32,000 nucleotides of DNA from contig NZ_RSDW01000001.1 of assembly GCF_003945235.1 (NCBI RefSeq), positions 2,520,001 through 2,552,000 on the forward strand, given 5' to 3'. The position numbers and the translations under genes were made by a program. Positions 26,107 to 32,000 of this stretch are shown here, piece after piece (the first letter of the stretch is position 1; every line of letters starts with the position of its first letter). Source of the stretch: Edaphobacter aggregans. GTDB lineage: Bacteria; Acidobacteriota; Terriglobia; Terriglobales; Acidobacteriaceae. Below the pieces are notes generated by a model that made no database searches, was not told the origin of the DNA, and saw only the letters and a program-made list of their open reading frames with translations.

Positions 26107-27392
26107 GCACAACCGCCACCGATCCGACACCGCCCGTAATCGACCCCGAGCTGCCGCAGCCCATGTCCATGGGCGCAGTCCTCCGCATCTCCATGATGCG
26201 CCGCCTCTGGTTTGCCCAGATCATCTCCGTCTTCGGCGACTTCCTTGCTCTGTTCGCCGTCATCGGAGTCCTCACCTTCAAGCTCCACGCGACACCGCAA
26301 CAGGTCACCGGCGTCTCCATCGCCTACATGCTCCCCATCGCCATCCTGGGCGTCATCGCCGGAGTCTTCGTCGACCGCTGGCCCCTCAAGCCCACTATGG
26401 TCTCGAGCGACTCCCTCCGCGCTGCGCTCGTCCTCCTGCTCCTCTTCGCCCACCAGACCTGGCACTTCTACGCGATCCTCGCGGCAATCAGCGTAGTCTC
26501 CAGTTTCTTCGGCCCCGCCCAGGGAGTAGCCATCCGCTCCGCCGTCCCCCTCCACGGCCTCCGCTCTGCCAACGCCCTGATGCAGCAGGTCATGTTCGGC
26601 ATGCGCATCATCGGCCCCGCAATTGCAGCATGGCTCGTCGCGACCTTCGGAGCCAGAGTCTGCTACCTCGCCGATTCCGCCAGCTTCGTAGGCTCTGCCC
26701 TGCTCATCGCCTCTGTCCCATTCGTAGCCCAGCCCAAACCCGCATCACCTACCGCACCGCCTTCGGAAGCCTCCGCCCTCACCCGCGTCTGGACCGACAT
26801 GAAGCAGGGCATCAACTTCATCTTCCACCACGCTGGACTACTCTTCGTTATTCTCGCCATGGCCTCAGCTATGTTCGTCGTCGGATGCTTCGGCCCGCTC
26901 ATCGCCGTCTACGTCCGCGACAGCCTCCACGCCTCCGCCAACGTCTTCGGCATCGCCAGCGCACTCATCGGAGCCGGCATGTTGATCGGCATCAACGCCC
27001 TCAACGCCCTCGCCAAGAACGTCAAGAACACCGTTCTCGTCTACGCCGGTCTCTCCGGAATCGCCCTCGGTCTGCTCTTCCTCACGCTGCTCACGCACGT
27101 CTGGTCCACCATGCTGGGAGACTTCATCATCGGTGTCGCCATAGCCGGAATCATCATCCCAGCCCAAACCATGATGCAGCAGGAGACCCCACCCGCCCTC
27201 ATGGGCCGCGTAGGCTCCACTATGATGTCACTCATCTTCGGAGCCCAGATCCTCGGCCTGGTCGCCAGCGGCATCCTCGCCAATCAAATCGGCGCCCGTT
27301 ACGTCTTCGCCGTCTGCGCCGCACTACTCGCCATCCTCATTATCGTAGGCCGCCTCTGGATGGAGCCCAAGGGCGAACCGGTCCCCGCCTAA
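26103..27392 (+). CDS. MFS transporter (MFS_3/EntS-like subtype)
   Basis: About 12 hydrophobic helices. [17 protein letters not shown]...[11 protein letters not shown] is typical of this MFS group. The ATGA overlap with the deacetylase stop lies at 26103-26106. Confidence 0.88.
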   Translation: MSTTATDPTPPVIDPELPQPMSMGAVLRISMMRRLWFAQIISVFGDFLALFAVIGVLTFKLHATPQQVTGVSIAYMLPIAILGVIAGVFVDRWPLKPTMVSSDSLRAALVLLLLFAHQTWHFYAILAAISVVSSFFGPAQGVAIRSAVPLHGLRSANALMQQVMFGMRIIGPAIAAWLVATFGARVCYLADSASFVGSALLIASVPFVAQPKPASPTAPPSEASALTRVWTDMKQGINFIFHHAGLLFVILAMASAMFVVGCFGPLIAVYVRDSLHASANVFGIASALIGAGMLIGINALNALAKNVKNTVLVYAGLSGIALGLLFLTLLTHVWSTMLGDFIIGVAIAGIIIPAQTMMQQETPPALMGRVGSTMMSLIFGAQILGLVASGILANQIGARYVFAVCAALLAILIIVGRLWMEPKGEPVPA

Positions 27393-28702
27393 ACGCCCTT
27401 GCTCGTTACTTGATTAACTAAAGCCTTCCGAGCCGCCTCAACCACCATCTCAACCTCCGTAGCCCCATGCGCGGTCGAAACAAACGCAGCCTCAAACTGA
27501 CTAGGCGGAAGCCAAACCCCAGCCTCCAGCATCCCCCTGTGAAACCGCCCAAAAGCCGCGGTATCCGAAGTCGCCGCACTAGCAAAATCCGTCACCGGCT
27601 CCCCCGTAAAGAACCACGTAAACATCGACCCGACCCGATTCGTAGTCAACACCACACCAGCCTCACGAGCCACCGCAGCAACCCCATCCGCAATCGCCTT
27701 GGTAGTCTTCTCCAGCCCCGAATAGATCTCACCCTCCCGAGCCATCAGCTCCCGCAGCGTAGCAATCCCCGCAGCCATAGCCAACGGATTCCCACTCAGC
27801 GTCCCCGCCTGATACACAGGTCCCAGCGGAGCCAGCTTATCCATCACATCCGCCCGCCCGCCAAACGCCCCGCAAGGCAGCCCACCACCAATAATCTTCC
27901 CCAGCGTAGTCAGATCCGGCTTCACCCCATACACCTGCTGAGCCCCACCCAGCGACACCCGAAACCCCGTCATCACCTCATCCAGGATCAGCAGCGCCCC
28001 ATCCCGCTCCGTAATCTCCCGAAGCCCCTGCAGATACCCTTCCGCTGGAGGAATCGTCCCCGCATTCCCCACCACAGGCTCGACGATCACGCACGCAATC
28101 TCCCCCGGCCTTGCCGCAAACGCCGCCTTTACCGCCTCCAGGTCGTTGAACGGCAGCGCCAGCGTATGCATCGCCGTCTCCGCCGGAACCCCCGCCGACC
28201 CCGGAATCCCCAGGGTAGCCACCCCACTCCCGGCCTTCACCAGCATCGCATCCGAGTGCCCGTGATAGCACCCCTCAAACTTGATCACAAAGTTCCGCCC
28301 CGTAAACCCACGCGCCAGCCGCACCGCCGACATGCAAGCTTCGGTCCCCGAGCTCACAAACCGCAGCTTCTCCACACTAGGAAAGCACCGCCGCACCAGC
28401 TCCGCCAGATCCCCCTCGGCCGCCGTCGAAGCCCCAAAGCTCGCCCCCTTGCCCGCAGCCTCGCGAATCGCCTCCACCACTGGCGGAAACGCATGTCCCA
28501 GAATCATCGGCCCCCACGACCCAAAGAAATCCAGATACCGATTCCCATCCGCATCAAACAGGTACGCCCCCTCAGCCCGGGCCACAAACGGAGGATCGCC
28601 CCCCACCGCACGAAATGCTCGCACCGGCGAATCAACGCCCCCGGGAAGAAGTTGTTCAGCACGAAGTTGCAATTGCCGGGAGCGAGTGAGGGACCGTGTC
28701 AT
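27389..28702 (-). CDS. hemL: glutamate-1-semialdehyde 2,1-aminomutase
   Basis: [13 protein letters not shown], the PLP-Lys region [14 protein letters not shown], and overall class-III aminotransferase order. I chose ATG 28700-28702 (MTRSLTRS...); the ORF is open to 28753. Confidence 0.95.
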   Translation of the reverse strand: MTRSLTRSRQLQLRAEQLLPGGVDSPVRAFRAVGGDPPFVARAEGAYLFDADGNRYLDFFGSWGPMILGHAFPPVVEAIREAAGKGASFGASTAAEGDLAELVRRCFPSVEKLRFVSSGTEACMSAVRLARGFTGRNFVIKFEGCYHGHSDAMLVKAGSGVATLGIPGSAGVPAETAMHTLALPFNDLEAVKAAFAARPGEIACVIVEPVVGNAGTIPPAEGYLQGLREITERDGALLILDEVMTGFRVSLGGAQQVYGVKPDLTTLGKIIGGGLPCGAFGGRADVMDKLAPLGPVYQAGTLSGNPLAMAAGIATLRELMAREGEIYSGLEKTTKAIADGVAAVAREAGVVLTTNRVGSMFTWFFTGEPVTDFASAATSDTAAFGRFHRGMLEAGVWLPPSQFEAAFVSTAHGATEVEMVVEAARKALVNQVTSKGV

Positions 28703-28758
28703 CCCTCCAGTATAAAAGTCACAGAGATAACGCCGGCGAACCCACACAGACACGCAAA

Positions 28759-29217
28759 ATGACAGACCTCGAACACAACCAGCTCGCGTCCCACCCCGTC
28801 CTCCTTTACGACGGCGTCTGTGTCCTCTGCAACGGAGTGGTCCGCTTCCTCCTCGACCACGACACCCAGCGCATCTTCCGCTTCGTCCCGCTCGAAAGCC
28901 CCCTTGGCGTCGAACTCCTCGCCCGACTTGGCCCTCAGCCCACCCAGGAAGGCGTCGCTCTCATCACATCTGCCTTCACCCCCGGCGAACACCTCTACCA
29001 CCGCTCCGATGCCGTCAGCCAAGCCCTACAACTCCTCCACAATCCATGGCGACAACTAGGCCGAACCCTACACCTAATCCCCCGCTCCCTGCGCGAACTC
29101 GGCTACACCATCGTCGCCCGCCTCCGCTACCGCCTCTTTGGCCGCTATTACACCTGCCCCATCCCGATCCCCAGCGAACGAGACCGAATCCTCGGCCTCA
29201 ACCACCCCAAAGTCTGA
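28759..29217 (+). CDS. DCC-family thiol-disulfide oxidoreductase (DUF393)
   Basis: [19 protein letters not shown] carries the D-x-x-C-x-x-C motif. I chose ATG 28759 (MTDLEHN); the 28696 start would overlap the hemL 5' end. Confidence 0.8.
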   Translation: MTDLEHNQLASHPVLLYDGVCVLCNGVVRFLLDHDTQRIFRFVPLESPLGVELLARLGPQPTQEGVALITSAFTPGEHLYHRSDAVSQALQLLHNPWRQLGRTLHLIPRSLRELGYTIVARLRYRLFGRYYTCPIPIPSERDRILGLNHPKV

Positions 29218-29297
29218 CCCTGCAAACGCTGCCGTAACAAAGCCCAACCCGCATCCTGCTAAACTAAAATTCTTCTTTTCTCAACACAACGGAGCAC

Positions 29298-30482
29298 ATG
29301 ACCTTGCCGGATGAGACCTTCCCCACGCCCGCTGAGCAATCAACCCACCCGGACCAATCACCCGAAGCCCGCGCCAACTCCCCTCACCCGGCCGCGGCAC
29401 ATAAGAAATCCGCAATGAAAAACTCCAGCCGCAAGCTCGTCTCCACGGCAAAAAAACCCATCACCTATTCCGACGCCGGCGTCGACATCTCCTCTGGAGA
29501 CCGCAGCAAACAGCGCATTAAGATGCTCGCCCGCAAAACCTTCAACCGCCAGGTCCTCTCTGAGATCGGCGGCTTCGGTGGCCTCTTCGCTCTCGATCTC
29601 CAGAAGTACCCCAACCCCGTCCTGGTCTCCTCCTGCGACGGCGTAGGCACCAAACTCAAGGTCGCCTTCGAGCTCGGCATCCACCACACCGTCGGCCAGG
29701 ACCTCGTCAACCACTGCGTCAACGACATCGCCGTCCAGGGAGCCAGCCCCCTCTTCTTCCTCGACTACCTCGCCACCGGCAAGCTCGATAACTCCGTCAT
29801 CGAGACCGTAGTCCAGGGCCTCAGCGAAGCCTGCCGCGCCAACGGCTGCGCTCTCATCGGCGGCGAAACCGCCCAGATGCCCGGCTTCTACGCCGACAAC
29901 GAGTACGATCTCGCCGGCACCATCATCGGCGCCGTCAACCGCGACAGCATCATCACCGGCGAAAACATCCAGGTCGGCGACATTCTCATCGGCCTACCCT
30001 CTAACGGCCTCCACACCAACGGCTACTCCCTCGCCCGCAAGCTCCTCTTCGAAGTAGCCAAGTACGGCCCCGACCAATACGTCAACGAGCTCAAGGACAA
30101 GACCGGTGCCGCTCTCATGCGCGTCCACCGCAGCTACCTCGCCATCATCAAGAAGCTCACCGGAGCAGAACTCGTCAACGGCATGGCTCACATCACCGGG
30201 GGCGGCATCACCGAAAACCTCCCCCGCATCATCCCCAAGGGCATGGGCGCAGTCGTAGACCTGGCCTCCTGGACAGTCCCACCGCTTTTCGAACATCTCC
30301 AACACCTCGGCAACGTCGAACAGGGCGAAATGCTCCGCACCTTCAACATGGGCATCGGCCTCATCGTCGTAGTTCCCGCCGAAAAAGTGAAGAAGGCCAA
30401 AGCCGTCCTTAACCGAGCCAACGAACGCCACTGCATCATTGGCCGCATTGTCCGAGGCGAACGCAAAGTCACTTACAACTGA
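29298..30482 (+). CDS. purM: phosphoribosylformylglycinamidine cyclo-ligase (AIR synthetase)
   Basis: YSDAGVDI, GGFGGLF, SCDGVGTK, LVNHCVNDI and GGETAQMPG motifs. GGAG lies 4 nt upstream of ATG 29298. The conserved core begins near the internal ATG 29415, so the first 39 aa are a Pro-rich extension. Confidence 0.93.
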   Translation: MTLPDETFPTPAEQSTHPDQSPEARANSPHPAAAHKKSAMKNSSRKLVSTAKKPITYSDAGVDISSGDRSKQRIKMLARKTFNRQVLSEIGGFGGLFALDLQKYPNPVLVSSCDGVGTKLKVAFELGIHHTVGQDLVNHCVNDIAVQGASPLFFLDYLATGKLDNSVIETVVQGLSEACRANGCALIGGETAQMPGFYADNEYDLAGTIIGAVNRDSIITGENIQVGDILIGLPSNGLHTNGYSLARKLLFEVAKYGPDQYVNELKDKTGAALMRVHRSYLAIIKKLTGAELVNGMAHITGGGITENLPRIIPKGMGAVVDLASWTVPPLFEHLQHLGNVEQGEMLRTFNMGIGLIVVVPAEKVKKAKAVLNRANERHCIIGRIVRGERKVTYN

Positions 30483-30493
30483 TGATGTTCCGT

Positions 30494-31264
30494 CTAATGT
30501 GAGCCGGTAGCCGCAGCCGCCGCCACCCGGCCCGCATCCACCTCAAGCGGACTTTGAAGCGTCATCTGGAACTGCCAGCCGGCGTCGAACTGAACATAAT
30601 CCGCATCGCTCGTCTTGTGCCGCGACAACAGTACCGCAGCGGTTACCACCAACGCAGCAAACCCGCTCGCTATGCCGATGATCACATCCTTGGGAGGTCC
30701 TACGCTCGGCGTCGGCGGCAGGGTCGGCAGGGTCGGAAAGGTTGGTGTGGACTGGAAAGCTGCGCCAGGAAATGCCGTGCCCCTCCCGACCGCATCGTTG
30801 TTATCCGCAACCACGAGCGAACTCGCGCCAGGAACCTCAACGGCCGCCCACGTATTGGCAGCATCGAGCATCGCCGTATATCCGTTTGCGTAGAGCAGCC
30901 GTGTGAAATGAATCTGCACATTCTGTTGCTGCGTCTTCTTTGCCTGCGCCGTCAAGGAAGTAATCGTACCTTCCACATACGTTCCGGCCGGGATGGCCAC
31001 CTGATCACCGACGGTGACAGGAAACGCCACCACCGCGCGGACGGCATCTCCCACCTTCGTGGACCTGCCATTGATCGGACTCACCAGCGTCAGGGGCACA
31101 ACCGTTCCTGGCGGAATTGTGATCGTCTGGACGGCTGGCGTAGCCGTCTCCTGGGCAGGCACCGGAGCCTGAACTTCTGCGGCAATCACAACCTGCCTGG
31201 TAGAAACGGCAACCATCAAGAGTGCGGCAGTGAAGGGGACATGCGTACAGGTTTTCCAATTCAT
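30494..31264 (-). CDS. secreted protein with a VirB10/TrbI-like beta-barrel pattern
   Basis: Signal-like N-terminus. IPPGTVVPLTLVSPINGRSTKVGDAVRAVVAFPVTVGDQVAIPAGTYVEGTI...VQIHFTRLLYANGYTAMLD...FDAGWQFQMTLQSPLEVD parallels the VirB10 C-domain order (P.GS...L......G.V...V...V......LIP.GS...G.Y....R....W.R...P.G....L ... G..V.I.V..DL). This is a pattern-only call. Confidence 0.6.
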   Translation of the reverse strand: MNWKTCTHVPFTAALLMVAVSTRQVVIAAEVQAPVPAQETATPAVQTITIPPGTVVPLTLVSPINGRSTKVGDAVRAVVAFPVTVGDQVAIPAGTYVEGTITSLTAQAKKTQQQNVQIHFTRLLYANGYTAMLDAANTWAAVEVPGASSLVVADNNDAVGRGTAFPGAAFQSTPTFPTLPTLPPTPSVGPPKDVIIGIASGFAALVVTAAVLLSRHKTSDADYVQFDAGWQFQMTLQSPLEVDAGRVAAAAATGSH

Positions 31265-31302
31265 ACTGGCTCGGCTTCCTTTGAGTTCTTATTTTTATAA
31301 AT

Positions 31303-32000
31303 TCACTTCTTTGCTGCCTGAGGTGCGCTTGGGTTCTGCTTGACCGTCAGCGTCTCCGGCGTGCTGGAAACAACCAGAGGCGGCGCCGGACACACCGTGT
31401 CGGGAGTAGATGGCGTGCCTGGCATACCCGGGATGACCGTCGGCGGAGTCCCAGGCGTGCCTGGGATCACAGTATCCGGCACTCCTTCGATCCCCGATGA
31501 AATCACGGTTGGAGGAGTTCCCGGCGTACCTGGAATCACGGTGTCCGGAGTCCCTGGGCTGCCGGGATCGCCCGCAATCGGACGACACAGCGTAGCCGGT
31601 TTGAACTGCCCGGGCTTCGGAGCCTGAGAAAGCGGAATAGCCTGCGCCACCCGGCTCGCATCGAGCACAAGCGGCGCTTCGAGAGTCATCTCGATCTGCG
31701 ATCCGTTATCCAGCAGAATGTCGTTGTTCTGGCTGACCTGTACGGTGACCAGACTCAGCGTAGTTTCTAAACCGGTGTCTGGCGCCCCATCCGGCCCGAT
31801 GCTCGGAGCCTTCTCGCTTGTGGCCGATCCGGATGTTCCCCCCGCACTGTGCGCATCCGGGCCCGAGAGCACAATCGTATAGCCATTGGCAAAGATGATC
31901 TTGGTGAAATGGACACCGATCTCGGCACGGCTGGTCTTCCGCGTAGGCTGTACGATCGAATCGATCACGCCTTCCACATAAGTGCCGGCTGGAATTCCGA
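31303..32000 (-). CDS. paralog of the preceding VirB10/TrbI-like protein, N-terminus beyond the window edge, with a Pro/Thr/Gly-rich repeat tail
   Basis: The frame stays open to nt 32000 (GIPAGTYVEGVIDSIV aligns with AIPAGTYVEGTITSL of the neighbour), so the track's GTG start at 31977 is internal. It shares ...HFTKIIFANGYTIVL and DNGSQIEMTLEAPLVLDASRV with the neighbour. Confidence 0.6.
   Translation of the reverse strand, partial: GIPAGTYVEGVIDSIVQPTRKTSRAEIGVHFTKIIFANGYTIVLSGPDAHSAGGTSGSATSEKAPSIGPDGAPDTGLETTLSLVTVQVSQNNDILLDNGSQIEMTLEAPLVLDASRVAQAIPLSQAPKPGQFKPATLCRPIAGDPGSPGTPDTVIPGTPGTPPTVISSGIEGVPDTVIPGTPGTPPTVIPGMPGTPSTPDTVCPAPPLVVSSTPETLTVKQNPSAPQAAKK
31393..31569 (-). repeat. in-frame tandem coding repeat (PDTVIPGTPGTPPTVI units)
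   Basis: The protein reads DPGSPGT-PDTVIPGTPGTPPTVISSGIEGV-PDTVIPGTPGTPPTVIPGMPGTPST-PDTV. The DNA copies are diverged (for example gatcacagtatccggc versus aatcacggtgtccgga). Confidence 0.55.

Noticed and set aside
27467-28762. 431-aa + strand ORF opposite hemL
   Set aside because: The R/P/H/Q-rich nonsense translation covers the whole hemL gene. It is an artefact of the strong strand skew, which depletes stop codons on the antisense strand.

Overview
High-GC bacterial chromosomal window with about 33 protein genes. I found no rRNA, tRNA, CRISPR array, transposase or integrase. By inference only, the content fits an Acidobacteriota (Terriglobia-like) genome: a small PadR regulator coupled to an ADOP/MacB-like membrane protein, a PEP-CTERM protein, and REP-like intergenic repeats that I recall from that group. 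Recognisable core genes are pyrG, fabD, bcp, hemL and purM. Other family calls include VOC, DinB, YraN, GlxA-type AraC regulator, isochorismatase, DUF885 lipoprotein, MDR oxidoreductase, ABC ATPase, PadR, DUF4230, Hanks kinase, CsgG-like, CAP/SCP, CE4 deacetylase, MFS and DCC. All family calls rest on motif recognition by eye; no database search was possible. The window-wide signal is a very strong strand-dependent codon dialect: the + strand is C-rich whichever strand a gene is on. A few genes break that rule (the DUF885 gene, a rare-codon gene after fabD, and the right-hand edge). Best candidates for undescribed biology: (1) 13895-16599, a translationally coupled pair. One gene encodes a polytopic membrane protein with a duplicated D-x-x-W-H...H motif. 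The other encodes a periplasmic protein predicted to start with His after signal cleavage, with repeated H-x-H/HP modules and a MQMDMPMH tract, so a possible metal or copper handling system. (2) 8423-12907, a PadR module with twin GTAG-N4-CTAC operators in a back-to-back promoter. It sits between an ABC pair and a PadR-coupled 'half-ADOP' protein that ends in a CxxC...C-x3-H motif. (3) 30494-32000+, tandem VirB10/TrbI-like barrel paralogs with no type IV secretion context. (4) 17700-20741, a Ser/Thr kinase followed by a Cys-less CsgG-like protein. Smaller oddities are a duplicated gene 3' end that differs only at synonymous positions, an AT-rich palindrome-dense region upstream of the PEP-CTERM gene, and a 448-bp ORF-free region with an orphan terminator.
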